Assembly: GCA_036382875.1 (NCBI GenBank)
Contig: DASVPJ010000033.1
Location: forward strand, 1,660-65,659
Source: Mycobacteriales bacterium
GTDB lineage: Bacteria; Actinomycetota; Actinomycetes; BP-191
Reading direction: 5' to 3'
DNA: 64,000 nucleotides
Below, piece by piece: positions 1 through 9,529 of the stretch. The notes below the pieces were generated by a model. The model made no database searches and had not been told where the DNA came from. It worked only from the letters and a program-made list of their open reading frames with translations. A program made the position numbers and the translations under genes. Numbering within the stretch: position 1 is the first letter of the stretch; each line of letters starts with the position of its first letter.

Positions 1-443
1 GCTGCGCGTACACCGCGCACGACCTGGAGGACGCCGTCCGGGCCGGCATCGTCACCCCCGACGAGCTGCCCGAGGAGGTGGTGGCGGTCTGCGGGCGCAC
101 GCGCAAGGAGCAGCTCGCGACGTTCGTCACCGCGCTGGTCGGCTGCATCCGGGAGCACGGCGTCGTCGGCATGGCCGCGGAGCCGGCCGGTGCGCTGGCC
201 GCGCTGCGATCGTTCGACTACGCCCGCATCTACACCCGCCCGGCGTCGGTCGCGCAGGCCGAGGCCGTGGTCACCGTGCTGCGCGCGCTGGTCGAGCACT
301 TCGCCGAGAGGCTCGGGGAGCAGGGCGGCGGCGTCGAGGCGGCGGTGGCGTACGTCAGCGGGATGACCGACCGGTTCGCGTTCCGCACGGCGGTCGAGGC
401 GCTCGGCTGGGACCCGGCGCGGCTGCCGGTGGGGGTGTCTTGA
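1..443 (+). CDS. dgt: dGTP triphosphohydrolase-like (HD superfamily) protein, C-terminal part; 5' end outside window
   Basis: Frame open from window edge (codons in phase with nt 3). Translation ...CAYTAHDLEDAVRAGIVTPDELPEEV... matches the conserved C-terminal region of Dgt-like dGTPases. Position directly upstream of dnaG is the usual actinobacterial arrangement. Confidence 0.75.
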   Translation, partial: CAYTAHDLEDAVRAGIVTPDELPEEVVAVCGRTRKEQLATFVTALVGCIREHGVVGMAAEPAGALAALRSFDYARIYTRPASVAQAEAVVTVLRALVEHFAERLGEQGGGVEAAVAYVSGMTDRFAFRTAVEALGWDPARLPVGVS

Positions 444-467
444 CAGCCGTCAACGCCTCGTTACAAT
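440..467 (+). promoter_or_regulatory. Near-consensus sigma-70/HrdB-type promoter (TTGACA-N16-TACAAT) upstream of dnaG
   Basis: TTGACA at 440-445 (overlaps dgt stop) and TACAAT at 462-467. Both lie in an unusually AT-rich patch (ttacaattatagg) about 80 nt upstream of the dnaG start. Confidence 0.4.
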
Positions 468-476
468 TATAGGAAC

Positions 477-500
477 GCCCGCCCAGACCGGCGGGCTTCT
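477..500 (+). terminator. GC hairpin (GCCCGCC-N6-GGCGGGC) followed by TTCT; dgt terminator or dnaG leader structure
   Basis: Perfect 7-bp stem 477-483/490-496 followed by TTCT. It lies after the dgt stop but downstream of the putative -10 box, so its role is ambiguous. Confidence 0.3.
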
Positions 501-545
501 GCGTGTCACCCTTGCCCGTACGCGAGTGGCGCGGTGCTCTGAGAG

Positions 546-2429
546 GTGACGTTGGCCCGGATCTCCGACGAGGACATCGCGCGCGTGCGCGAGGCGTCGC
601 CCATCGACGCCATCGTCGGCGACTACGTGCAGCTCCGCTCGGCGGGCGCCGGCGAGCTCAAGGGGCTCTGCCCGTTCCACGAGGAGAAGAGCCCGTCGTT
701 CCACGTCACGCCGGCGCGCGGGCTGTACCACTGCTTCGGCTGCGGCGTCGGCGGCGACACCCTCGACTTCGTGATGCGGATCGAGCACCTGTCGTTCGCC
801 GAGGCGGTCGAGCGCCTCGCCCAGCGGGCCGGCATCGAGCTGCGCTACGAGCAGGGCGGCTCCTCGACCCGCGGCGGCAACGCCGGGCAGCGCACCCGGC
901 TCGTCGCCGCGCACCGCGAGGCGCTGGCGTTCTACCGCGACCGCTACCTCAACGACCCCGCGGCCAAGCCCGCTCGGGCGTTCATGCAGGAGCGCGGGTT
1001 CGACGACGAGGCGGCGGAGGCGTACGGCGTCGGCTACTCGCCCGACACCTGGGACGCGCTGTCCAAGCACCTCGCCACCAAGGGCTACAGCCGCGAGGAG
1101 TGCCTCGCCGCCGGGCTCGTGTCGCAGGGCCAGCGCGGCGTGGTCGACCGGTTCCGCGGGCGGCTGATGTTCCCGATCCGCGACAACACCGGCGACCCGA
1201 TCGGGTTCGGCGCGCGCGCGCTCAAGGAGGGCGACCAGCCGAAGTACCTGAACACGCCCGAGACCCCGATCTACAAGAAGTCGCACGTCCTCTACGGCCT
1301 GGACAAGGCCCGGCTGGAGATCGGCCGCCGCGCCCAGGCCGTCGTGGTCGAGGGCTACACCGACGTCATGGCCTGCCACCTCGCGGGCGTGCCGACCGCG
1401 GTCGCGACGTGCGGCACGAGCCTCACCGGCGACCACATCCAGCTCCTCCGCCGGCTGCTGATGGACCAGGACGAGTTCCGCGGCGAGGTGGTGTTCACGT
1501 TCGACGGCGACAACGCCGGGCAGCGGGCCGCGCTCAAGGTGTTCGAGGAGGACGCGCGGTTCGTCACGCAGACGTTCGTCGCGGTCGAGGCCGACGGCAT
1601 GGACCCGTGCGAGCTGCGGCTGGCCCGCGGCGACGCCGCGGTACGCGACCTCGTGGCGCGGCGGGTGCCGCTGTTCGAGTTCAAGCTGCGCGCCGAGCTC
1701 GCCCGCTACGACCTGGAGACGTCCGAGGGCCGGGTCCGCGCGCTGAACACGTGCGCGCCGATCGTCGCGTCGATCCGGGACCGCTCGCTGCGCCCCGAGT
1801 ACGGCCGCCGGCTGGCCGGGTGGCTCGGCATGCCGGTCGAGGACGTGCTGGAGCGCGTGGGCACCGCCGTCGCCGCGCCCGCCGGCCGCGAGGCCGCGCC
1901 GGCCGCCCCCGTCGCGGCCCCGGCCGCGCCGCGACGAGACGACCCCGCGCTGCGGACCGAGCGGGAGTCGTTGAAGGCGGTCATCCAGAGCCCCGGCCTC
2001 GTCGGCCCGGTGTGGGACACGCTCGACCCGGCGCTGTTCACGCACCCGGCGTACCGCGCCTGCCAGGCCGCGATCGCGGACGCGGGCGGGGTGCGTTCGT
2101 TCGGCGCGGCGAGCGGCGGGGTGTCCGGCTTCGTGGCGCGGGTACGGGATGCGGCACCGGACGACGCCGTACGCTCCCTGCTCACCGAGCTCGCGGTAGA
2201 GCCGCTCGCCGCCACCGACGACAGGCGGGCGGCCTACGTACGCACCAACGTCGCGCGACTACAGGAACTAGGGGTCTCGCGCCGAATGTCGGAACTGAAG
2301 TCGAGGCTCCAGCGGTTGAACCCCGTGGAGCAGCCGGAGGCGTACAACGCGCTGTTCGGCGAGCTGGCCGACCTCGAGGCACGACGGCGTGCCCTGCGCG
2401 AGCAGATCGTCGAGTTCGGCACCGAGTGA
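546..2429 (+). CDS. dnaG: DNA primase
   Basis: 627-aa ORF. Has the zinc-finger motif [13 protein letters not shown]...[11 protein letters not shown], a TOPRIM region ([11 protein letters not shown] ... [11 protein letters not shown]) and a C-terminal helicase-interaction region. Confidence 0.97.
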   Translation: MTLARISDEDIARVREASPIDAIVGDYVQLRSAGAGELKGLCPFHEEKSPSFHVTPARGLYHCFGCGVGGDTLDFVMRIEHLSFAEAVERLAQRAGIELRYEQGGSSTRGGNAGQRTRLVAAHREALAFYRDRYLNDPAAKPARAFMQERGFDDEAAEAYGVGYSPDTWDALSKHLATKGYSREECLAAGLVSQGQRGVVDRFRGRLMFPIRDNTGDPIGFGARALKEGDQPKYLNTPETPIYKKSHVLYGLDKARLEIGRRAQAVVVEGYTDVMACHLAGVPTAVATCGTSLTGDHIQLLRRLLMDQDEFRGEVVFTFDGDNAGQRAALKVFEEDARFVTQTFVAVEADGMDPCELRLARGDAAVRDLVARRVPLFEFKLRAELARYDLETSEGRVRALNTCAPIVASIRDRSLRPEYGRRLAGWLGMPVEDVLERVGTAVAAPAGREAAPAAPVAAPAAPRRDDPALRTERESLKAVIQSPGLVGPVWDTLDPALFTHPAYRACQAAIADAGGVRSFGAASGGVSGFVARVRDAAPDDAVRSLLTELAVEPLAATDDRRAAYVRTNVARLQELGVSRRMSELKSRLQRLNPVEQPEAYNALFGELADLEARRRALREQIVEFGTE

Positions 2430-2439
2430 GAAGGACGAG

Positions 2440-3609
2440 ATGAGCCCCACCGCACTGCCCAAGGAAGCCCAGATCGACGAGGTCAAGGACCTCATCACGC
2501 GTGGCAAGGAACAGGGCTTCCTCACCAGCGAGGAGATCGGCGCGGCCCTCGTCCAGGCGGAGCTGCCGCCGGAGTCGATGGACGCGGTCCTCCAGGTCTT
2601 CAACGACGAGGGCATCGAGATCGTCGAGCCGTCCGAGGAGGACGAGGACCCGAACCGCGCCGCCCTGCTGCGCCGCGAGGAGGAGCTGGCGCTCAAGGCG
2701 CCGACCAACGACCCGGTCCGGATGTACCTCAAGGAGATCGGCAAGGTCCCGCTCCTGACCGCCGAGGAGGAGGTCGACCTCGCCAAGCGGATCGAGGCCG
2801 GCCTGTTCGCGTCGGAGAAGCTCGCCACCCCGCGGAAGATCGCCGACCGCACGCGCAAGGACCTCGAGGCGATCGAGCGCGACGGCCAGCTCGCGAAGAA
2901 GAAGCTCGTCGAGGCCAACCTCCGCCTCGTCGTCTCCATCGCCAAGCGCTACGTCGGCCGCGGCATGCTCTTCCTCGACCTGATCCAGGAGGGCAACCTC
3001 GGCCTGATCCGCGCGGTCGAGAAGTTCGACTACACCAAGGGCTACAAGTTCTCGACGTACGCCACGTGGTGGATCCGCCAGGCCATCACCCGGGCCATCG
3101 CCGACCAGGCGCGCACCATCCGCATCCCGGTGCACATGGTCGAGACGATCAACAAGCTGATCCGCATCCAGCGCCAGCTCCTCCAGGACCTGGGCCGCGA
3201 GCCCACCCCCGAGGAGATCGCCAAGGAGATGGACCTCACGCCCGACAAGGTGCGTGAGATCCTCAAGGTGTCGCAGGAGCCGGTGTCGCTGGAGACGCCG
3301 ATCGGCGAGGAGGAGGACTCCCACCTCGGCGACGTCATCGAGGACTCCGACGCCGTCGTGCCGGTCGACGCGGCGTCGTTCATCCTGCTCCAGGAGCAGC
3401 TCGACTCCGTGCTGCACACCCTGTCCGAGCGGGAGAAGAAGGTCATCCAGCTCCGCTTCGGACTCACCGACGGCCACCCGCGCACGCTCGAGGAGGTCGG
3501 CCGGGAGTTCGGCGTGACCCGCGAGCGCATCCGGCAGATCGAGTCCAAGACGCTGTCCAAGCTCCGTCACCCGTCGCGGTCGCAGAAGCTCCGCGACTAC
3601 CTGGAGTAG
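2440..3609 (+). CDS. rpoD: Principal (group 1) RNA polymerase sigma factor, RpoD/SigA/HrdB type, 389 aa
   Basis: ATG at 2440 preceded by GAAGGACGAG. Acidic region 1.1 is present. Regions 2-4 are near-invariant ([39 protein letters not shown]; [15 protein letters not shown]; [22 protein letters not shown]). The longer ORF start at 2389 would overlap dnaG and was not used. Confidence 0.95.
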   Translation: MSPTALPKEAQIDEVKDLITRGKEQGFLTSEEIGAALVQAELPPESMDAVLQVFNDEGIEIVEPSEEDEDPNRAALLRREEELALKAPTNDPVRMYLKEIGKVPLLTAEEEVDLAKRIEAGLFASEKLATPRKIADRTRKDLEAIERDGQLAKKKLVEANLRLVVSIAKRYVGRGMLFLDLIQEGNLGLIRAVEKFDYTKGYKFSTYATWWIRQAITRAIADQARTIRIPVHMVETINKLIRIQRQLLQDLGREPTPEEIAKEMDLTPDKVREILKVSQEPVSLETPIGEEEDSHLGDVIEDSDAVVPVDAASFILLQEQLDSVLHTLSEREKKVIQLRFGLTDGHPRTLEEVGREFGVTRERIRQIESKTLSKLRHPSRSQKLRDYLE

Positions 3610-3613
3610 AGCC

Positions 3614-4564
3614 GTGCGCCGGGTGGGGGTCGCGGTCCTGGTCGCGACGGCGCTGGTCGTGCCGGCGGCGTGGGGGACCAACGTGCGCCGCGCGCCGGCC
3701 GAGTGGGAGACGCGCACGCCGATGTCGCAGGCGCGCACCGAGGCGGCGTACGCCACCGCCGGCGACGACGTGTACGTCATCGGCGGCTTCGTCGTCGCCG
3801 TCACCAACTCCACCTCCGTCGAGGTCTACGACACCGCCGCCGACGCGTGGCGCGACGGGCCGCCGTTGCCGCTCGCCGTCAACCACGGCATGGCCGCCGC
3901 GGCCGGCGGCGAGGTGTACCACGCGGGCGGGTACGCGGCGTTCCTCTACGGCGCCACCAACCACCTCGTCGTGCTGCGCGGCGGCATCTGGACGCCCCTC
4001 GCGCCGATGCCGGAGACCCGCGCCGCGGCCGGCATGGTCGCGCTCGGCGGGCGGCTGTACGTCGTCGGCGGCTTCTCGCAGCAGGGCACCCTCGCCACCA
4101 CGACGCTCGTCTACGACGTCGCGGCCGGCACGTGGTCCACGCAGCCCGGGCTGCCGACCCCGCGCGAGCACCTGTCCGTCGTCACCGACGGCCGGTACGT
4201 CTACGCGCTCGGCGGCCGCAAGGGCGACCCGGCCACCAACATGGCGACCGTCGAACGGCTCGACCCGCGCACCGGTCGCTGGACGAGGATGGCGCCGTTG
4301 CTGGTCAAGCGCAGCGGCCACGTCACGTCCGTGACGTCGAACGGCCTGCTGGTCACGGCCGGCGGCGAGTACGCGGGCGGCGTGTTCGACAGCGCGGAGG
4401 CGTACGACCTGCGCCGCGGCCGCCGCTTCTTCCTGCCCGCGCTGGAGCCGGGACGTACCGGCTTCGCGACCGCCGCGAAGGGCACCCGCGTCTACGTCTT
4501 CTCCGGCGCCGGCGACACCGGCTACCTCGACCGCACCGAGACCCTCGACCTGCGCGCCCTCTGA
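3614..4564 (+). CDS. Secreted Kelch-repeat beta-propeller protein
   Basis: N-terminal signal-like segment (VAVLVATALVVPAAWG). Repeated Kelch blades (DDVYVIGGF, GGEVYHAGGY, GGRLYVVGGF, GRYVYALGG, GLLVTAGGE, GTRVYVFSG). Starts 4 nt after the rpoD stop. Confidence 0.8.
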   Translation: MRRVGVAVLVATALVVPAAWGTNVRRAPAEWETRTPMSQARTEAAYATAGDDVYVIGGFVVAVTNSTSVEVYDTAADAWRDGPPLPLAVNHGMAAAAGGEVYHAGGYAAFLYGATNHLVVLRGGIWTPLAPMPETRAAAGMVALGGRLYVVGGFSQQGTLATTTLVYDVAAGTWSTQPGLPTPREHLSVVTDGRYVYALGGRKGDPATNMATVERLDPRTGRWTRMAPLLVKRSGHVTSVTSNGLLVTAGGEYAGGVFDSAEAYDLRRGRRFFLPALEPGRTGFATAAKGTRVYVFSGAGDTGYLDRTETLDLRAL

Positions 4565-4610
4565 CGCGCGCCGGCCGCCCGGGCGCCCGGGCGCCCGCCC
4601 CCGCTGAATG

Positions 4611-4738
4611 CGCGACCCGGTCGCGAAAACGGGCACGGCCGTGCGTGGCCCGCGACCCGGTCGCGAAATCGGCACGGCCGGTTCGCGACCCGGTCGCGAA
4701 ATCGGGCACGGCCGTGCGTGGTCCGCGACCCGGTCGCG
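4611..4738 (+). repeat. Tandem array (4 units, 33-40 nt period) of a double-palindrome element
   Basis: Unit = CGCGACCCGGTCGCGAAATCGGGCACGGCCGTGCGTGG. It contains the inverted repeat (TT)CGCGAC-CCG-GTCGCG(AA) and the perfect palindrome GCACGGCCGTGC. Units start at 4611, 4651, 4684 and 4724, are contiguous with no spacers, and are non-coding. Confidence 0.85.
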
Positions 4739-4745
4739 GGGACGG

Positions 4746-5087
4746 TCAGCCGAGGTACCCGTACGCGATCGTGCCGCTCGCCTGCGCGACGATGGTGAGC
4801 GCCGCCTGGCAGCCGCCGCCGGGCAGCGTGCCGATCCGCGGGAGCGCCGCCGTGACGGTGCCGCTGTTGTACACGGACCCCCAGCACGACACGGTGTAGT
4901 ACACGGAGCCGTTCTCGACGGTGACGACGTAGCCGCTGGCGTAGCTGTAGCAGGTGCTCGCCTGTCCCGGGTTCTTGCCGATGAGCTGCGTGGAGCAGGC
5001 CGCGAGCGCCGGCGTCGCGACCGCGACGAACGCGCTGGTCGCGACGAGGGTGGCCAGGCCGGTGACGGTGGTGCGCGCTGCGCGCAT
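4746..5087 (-). CDS. Small secreted cysteine-containing protein (113 aa precursor), function unknown
   Basis: Sec signal MRAARTTVTGLATLVATSAFVAVATPALA followed by an ~84-aa beta-rich mature part with 4 Cys. G/C-rich third positions. Bracketed by the double-palindrome arrays. Confidence 0.7.
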   Translation of the reverse strand: MRAARTTVTGLATLVATSAFVAVATPALAACSTQLIGKNPGQASTCYSYASGYVVTVENGSVYYTVSCWGSVYNSGTVTAALPRIGTLPGGGCQAALTIVAQASGTIAYGYLG

Positions 5088-5188
5088 GAGTTCCCCCGAA
5101 CGTCATGGAAGGGACGAATTCCGGCGAAGCGTGCTCCCGGCGTACCGGCGTGTCAACGGCCGACAGCCCGCCGCTCGCCCCGGGTTTT

Positions 5189-5286
5189 CGCGACCCGGTC
5201 GCGAAATCGGGCACGGCCGTGCGTGGGCCGCGACCGGGTCGCGAAATCCGCCGGCGGGGGCGGGGCGGGGCCGATACCCGGTCGCG
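5189..5286 (+). repeat. Second array (2 good units plus 1 degenerate) of the same double-palindrome element
   Basis: Units start at 5189 and 5229 (40-nt period) and a degenerate one at about 5272. Same orientation as the 4611-4738 array. Located in the divergent region between the small secreted protein gene and the ABC operon. Confidence 0.8.
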
Positions 5287-5318
5287 TCGCGCGCGGTGGC
5301 CTGGGAGAGTCGCCTCTC

Positions 5319-6053
5319 GTGGACGCGCTCGTGGCCGAGGGGCTGGTCAAGGACTACCGCCGCTCCCGCGCCGTCGACGGCGTGTCGCTCACGGTCGGCG
5401 CGGGCGACCGGGTGGCGCTGCTCGGCCCGAACGGCGCCGGCAAGACGACGACGCTGCTCATGCTGCTCGGCGTCGTCTCGCCGGACGAGGGCAGCGTGAC
5501 GATCCTCGGCCACCGGCTGCCGAAGGAGCGCACCAAGGCGCTGCACCACGTCGGCTTCGCGGCCGGGTACCTGCCGCTGCCGGAGAAGCTCCGCGTCCGC
5601 GAGTACCTCACGATGTACGGCGCCCTCTACGGCGTCGCCGACCCGGCGAGCGCCGCGCGCGAGGCGCTAGAACGCTTCCTCATCCCCGAGCTCGACGCGG
5701 CGATGGGCACCGAGCTGTCCAGCGGCCAGAAGACGCTCGTCGGAATCGCGAAGGCGACGATGCACGACCCGCGGCTGCTCGTCCTCGACGAGCCGACCGC
5801 GAGCCTCGACCCCGACGTGGCGCGGCGGGTCCGGGTCGGCCTGCAGAGCCTCTGCGACGAGAAGGGCACCGCGCTGCTCGTGACGAGCCACAACATGGTC
5901 GAGGTCGAACGCCTCTGCGAGCGCGTGGTCTTCCTGTCGCAGGGCCGGATCGTGGCCGACGGCACGGCGGCGGAGGTCGCGGCGGTGTTCGGCCGCGGCG
6001 ACCTGGAAGAGGTCTTCATCCACCTGGCCGCCGAACGGGAGGCCGCGCGATGA
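5319..6053 (+). CDS. ABC transporter ATP-binding protein (ABC-2/DrrA-like exporter type)
   Basis: GTG at 5319. Walker A GPNGAGKTT, signature LSSGQK, Walker B LLVLDEPT, H-loop TSHN. Confidence 0.9.
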   Translation: MDALVAEGLVKDYRRSRAVDGVSLTVGAGDRVALLGPNGAGKTTTLLMLLGVVSPDEGSVTILGHRLPKERTKALHHVGFAAGYLPLPEKLRVREYLTMYGALYGVADPASAAREALERFLIPELDAAMGTELSSGQKTLVGIAKATMHDPRLLVLDEPTASLDPDVARRVRVGLQSLCDEKGTALLVTSHNMVEVERLCERVVFLSQGRIVADGTAAEVAAVFGRGDLEEVFIHLAAEREAAR

Positions 6054-6844
6054 GGTGGTCCGCCGTCCTGGCCATCGCCAAGCGCCACACGCTGGTGCTG
6101 CAACGCAGCCCGCACCGGCTGTTCGACATCACGATCTGGCCGATCGTGGACACGCTGCTGTTCGGCGCGATCGCGGTGTTCTTCGCGCGCTCCGCGGGCG
6201 GCGTGAACGGCCGCACCGGCGCGGCGTACCTACTCTGCGGCGTGCTGCTCTGGCACGTGGTGTTCCAGTCGCAGAACAGCCTCGCCACCGGCTTCCTCGA
6301 GGAGACCTGGTCGCGCAACCTGCTCAGCCTGATGGTGACGCCGCTGACGGAGGCGGAGTGGGTCGCCGGGCTCGTGCTCGTCGGGCTGGTGAAGCTGCTG
6401 CTCGGCGTCGGCCTGGTCGCGGTGATGGTGGCGGTGCTCTACGCCTTCAACGTCACCTCGCTCGGCCTGGCCCTGCTGCCGATCGTCGCGGTGCTGCTCA
6501 CCGCGGGCTGGGCGATCGGCCTGTTCGTGACCGGTGTCGTGCTGCGCTTCGGCAGCGGCGCGGAGGCGTTCGTCTGGGGCGTGCTGTTCGTCGTGATGCC
6601 GCTGTCCGGCACGTTCTACCCGACGTCGGTGCTGCCGGCGCTGCTGCGCCCGCTGTCCGCGCTGCTGCCGACGACGTACGCGTTCGAGGCGGCCCGCGCG
6701 GTCATCGACGGCGACCGGATGCCGTGGCGCCCGCTCGGCATCGCGGCGCTGACGACGGTGGTCGCGCTGGTGCTGGCGGTGGCGTTCGTGCGGGCGATGC
6801 TCGGGACGTTCCGCCGCCGCGGCTACGTCACGCGGTACTCGTAG
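6050..6844 (+). CDS. ABC-2 type transporter permease
   Basis: ATG at 6050 overlaps the ATPase stop (ATGA). About 6 hydrophobic segments. N-terminus AIAKRHTLVLQRSPHRLFDITIWPIVDTLLFG is typical of ABC-2 permeases. Confidence 0.85.
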   Translation: MRWSAVLAIAKRHTLVLQRSPHRLFDITIWPIVDTLLFGAIAVFFARSAGGVNGRTGAAYLLCGVLLWHVVFQSQNSLATGFLEETWSRNLLSLMVTPLTEAEWVAGLVLVGLVKLLLGVGLVAVMVAVLYAFNVTSLGLALLPIVAVLLTAGWAIGLFVTGVVLRFGSGAEAFVWGVLFVVMPLSGTFYPTSVLPALLRPLSALLPTTYAFEAARAVIDGDRMPWRPLGIAALTTVVALVLAVAFVRAMLGTFRRRGYVTRYS

Positions 6845-9383
6845 CCGCCCGCCGCCGCAACGCCACCGCGCAGCCGGCCGCCAGCATCGCGCCGGCCGCG
6901 AGCCCGACCATCGCCAGCTCCTCGTCCCCGCGCACGTCGTCGTAGGCGAGCGCCAGCTCCGGCTGCGCCTGCTCCTGGTGCGCCATGCCGGCCTGCGGGT
7001 TCGGGTTCGGGTTGGGGTTGCTGTGCGGCTGCGCCTGCGCCTGCGGGATCGGCGCGGGCGGCGGCGGCGGCGGGGCGACGGCCGGCACCGCGGCGGCGAC
7101 GACGTACGGCGCCTTCGGCGGTGGCGGCACCTCGCGCGGCGGCGTGCCGGGCAGCGGCTCGCACTCGACGGTGAGCGACGCGGACGCGACGTGCCGCGCG
7201 CCGACCCTGGTCCGCACGCGGACGGGGAACGTCTTCCCGGCCGTCTCGGCGGTGCACGCGACCTGCACGGTGTACGGCAGCCGGTTGTGCTGCTTGACGT
7301 TCACCTCGTCGAAGACGGGCGCCGACGCCACCCGCGCGACGCGCCGGTCGCCGGCCAGCTCGATGCCGACGCTCTGCAGGTCGCGCAGCGAGCGCATCAG
7401 GCCGACGACGGCGGGCGCGAGGTCGGTGGAGCCGCGGCTGTCGACCGGGAGCTCGCAGACCAGCGGCTCGCCCTCGAGCAGGTCGACCTCGCCGTCGTCG
7501 TCGCAGTCGATGCCGCCCGGCGGCGCGAGCGTGCCGGTGCCGCGGCTGACCCGCGACAGCGACTGGAACGCCTCCGCCGGCTGGTCGCCGACGGCGAGCC
7601 CGACGTGCTCGATGCCGCGGCGGTTCAGCGCCGCGATGACCTTGCCGTACGACGGCCCGGGGTAGCCGGGGTCGGTGTTCGGGTCGCGGCTGCGGACGTC
7701 GGCGGCGATGACGAGCACCTTCAACGCCTCCGGCCGCCACTCGGCGCCCTGGCCCGGCTCGATCAGGTACCCGGTGCGGCCGGTGTCGTCCTGCGCCAGG
7801 ATCGGCTGGCCCTCGCCGGTCGCGGCCTGGTACGTCGCGGCGAGCGCGGAGTCGTACGTCACGCCGCCGCCGGTCGAGATCGACTCGATCGCGGTGGCCA
7901 AGTCGTCGTCGATCGGCCCGACCGCGCGGCGCCGCTGGTAGGGGTAGTCGCCGGGCGAGCCGAAGCCGGGGTAGTCCTTGAAGTCGCCGACGCCGAACCA
8001 CACGTCGATCCCGGACCGCCCGAGGTCGTCGATGATGTCCTGGAGGTCCGAGCGCAGCCCCGAGATGACTGGCGCCATCGAGCCCGTGCTGTCCGTCGCG
8101 AAGAAGATGTCCAGCGGCGTCGGCACCGGCGCCAGGTCGAGCGAGTACGGCACCGCCGCGCGCTGGCCCGGCTTGAGCCGGACCGTCTTCGTGGCCGGCC
8201 GCAACGCGGTCGGGCCGGCGGTGACGGGCGCGGCGCCGCGCAGGTTCACCGGCGGCAGCTTCGGCTGGAGCGCGGGCGTGAACCGGCGCACGAACAGGTC
8301 GTGGCCGGCCCGGCCGTACAACGTGACGTCGGCGCGGGTGAACGACAGCGCGACGTCGGTCATGGTGAGCCGCTTCGGCGAGACGTCGCGCGGCCCGCGC
8401 GCGCCGACGCCGGGCGCGGTGAGGAAGACGCCGCGGTCGCTCGCCACGGCGACCGCGTCGGTGGCGTAGAGGTTGGCGGCGCCGGTCACCCGGCCGGGCG
8501 TCCGGGCCGGCTGCCAGCGTCGGCCGCCGTCGTGCGAGGTGTATGCCGCCGCGCGGTTCCTCAGGTACACGATCACGCGCGCCGGGGCGAACGCCGGGTA
8601 GTGCAGCACGTCGAGCGTCGCGATCGGGCCGACCACGTCCACCTCGGCGAACGCCGCCCCGCCGTTCACGGAGTGGAACAGCGAGTCCTCGTCCCACGCC
8701 CAGACGCTGGTCGCGTCGATCGGGTCGAGCGCGAGGTTCGTGTACTGCCCGCTGCGCAGGCCCACGGTGACCGGCGCGAACGTCTCCCCGGTGTCGCGGG
8801 TGACGTACAGCGTCGTCTCGACCGCCGACAGCGGCGTCGACCGCGAGTCGACGAGGACGAACGCCGTGGCCGGGTTCGGCGACACCCACAGGCCGTGCAC
8901 CGCGACCGCGGGCGGCAGGCCGACGCCGCGCCGCGAGTGCCACGTCTCGCCGCGGTCGTGCGAGGTGATGACGCGGGTGCCGTCCACGTCGGTGATGACG
9001 GCGTACGCGACGTAGCCGAGCCGGCCCGGCGGCGACGGCGGCATCGCGACGTCGACGATGGAGTTGCTCGACCAGAGCACGCGCGTCTCGCCGATCGCGG
9101 CGCCGGGCGTGTACGTCTCCTCCCACGAGCAGCCGCCGTCGACGGAGCGGGCGATCGCGTCGCCGTTCGTCGCGAGCAGGAAGCCGTCGACGTGCGGCGA
9201 GGCGGCCCAGGAGCGCAGCACCGGCTCGCCGACGGAGTACGCGGGCCGGCGCAGCGCGGTCCACCCGTCCGGCCGGACGCGGCGCGACTCGTCCGGGCAG
9301 CGGGCGGCCGCGGAGCCGCCGGCGAGCGGCAGGGCGGTGACCAGCGCCGCCAGCGCGACGGCGGTACGGAGGGTGCGGGGCAA
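6828..9383 (-). CDS. C-terminally membrane-anchored surface protein: BNR/Asp-box beta-propeller plus vWA-like domain plus Pro-rich stalk
   Basis: Asp-box motifs SVDGGCSW, SHDRGETW, TRDTGETF, SVNGGAAF, SHDGGRRW. vWA-like segment with MIDAS-like DSTGS (IFFATDSTGSM). Pro/Asn-rich linker, an RGD, and a terminal TM helix followed by RRR. Probable TTG start at 9383 (GGAG 5 nt upstream gives a clean signal peptide PRTLRTAVALAALVTALPLAGGSAAA). The maximal ORF extends to 9485. Confidence 0.8.
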   Translation of the reverse strand: MPRTLRTAVALAALVTALPLAGGSAAARCPDESRRVRPDGWTALRRPAYSVGEPVLRSWAASPHVDGFLLATNGDAIARSVDGGCSWEETYTPGAAIGETRVLWSSNSIVDVAMPPSPPGRLGYVAYAVITDVDGTRVITSHDRGETWHSRRGVGLPPAVAVHGLWVSPNPATAFVLVDSRSTPLSAVETTLYVTRDTGETFAPVTVGLRSGQYTNLALDPIDATSVWAWDEDSLFHSVNGGAAFAEVDVVGPIATLDVLHYPAFAPARVIVYLRNRAAAYTSHDGGRRWQPARTPGRVTGAANLYATDAVAVASDRGVFLTAPGVGARGPRDVSPKRLTMTDVALSFTRADVTLYGRAGHDLFVRRFTPALQPKLPPVNLRGAAPVTAGPTALRPATKTVRLKPGQRAAVPYSLDLAPVPTPLDIFFATDSTGSMAPVISGLRSDLQDIIDDLGRSGIDVWFGVGDFKDYPGFGSPGDYPYQRRRAVGPIDDDLATAIESISTGGGVTYDSALAATYQAATGEGQPILAQDDTGRTGYLIEPGQGAEWRPEALKVLVIAADVRSRDPNTDPGYPGPSYGKVIAALNRRGIEHVGLAVGDQPAEAFQSLSRVSRGTGTLAPPGGIDCDDDGEVDLLEGEPLVCELPVDSRGSTDLAPAVVGLMRSLRDLQSVGIELAGDRRVARVASAPVFDEVNVKQHNRLPYTVQVACTAETAGKTFPVRVRTRVGARHVASASLTVECEPLPGTPPREVPPPPKAPYVVAAAVPAVAPPPPPPAPIPQAQAQPHSNPNPNPNPQAGMAHQEQAQPELALAYDDVRGDEELAMVGLAAGAMLAAGCAVALRRRAATSTA

Positions 9384-9529
9384 CGCGACTCCAGGGCAGG
9401 TGGAGCGGCCGGCAGGACTGGCATGGAGAGCCGCGCCGCCGGGCGCGGGTTCGCGGGGACTCCGCGCCGATTCGCCGCGAACCACCGGCCCGACCCGTGA
9501 CTCTCCAACGGCGTCAGGGGAGGTTCGGG

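Noticed and set aside
2389-2439. Longer N-terminal extension of the sigma factor ORF overlapping the dnaG 3' end
   Set aside because: ATG at 2440 has a purine-rich RBS and yields the expected region 1.1 start. The extension ([17 protein letters not shown]) is out of character and overlaps dnaG.
4611-4738. Possible CRISPR array (regular ~40-nt repeats)
   Set aside because: The units are contiguous with no unique spacers, there are only 4 plus 2-3 copies, and there are no cas genes in the window. It fits a tandem palindromic repeat or operator array better.
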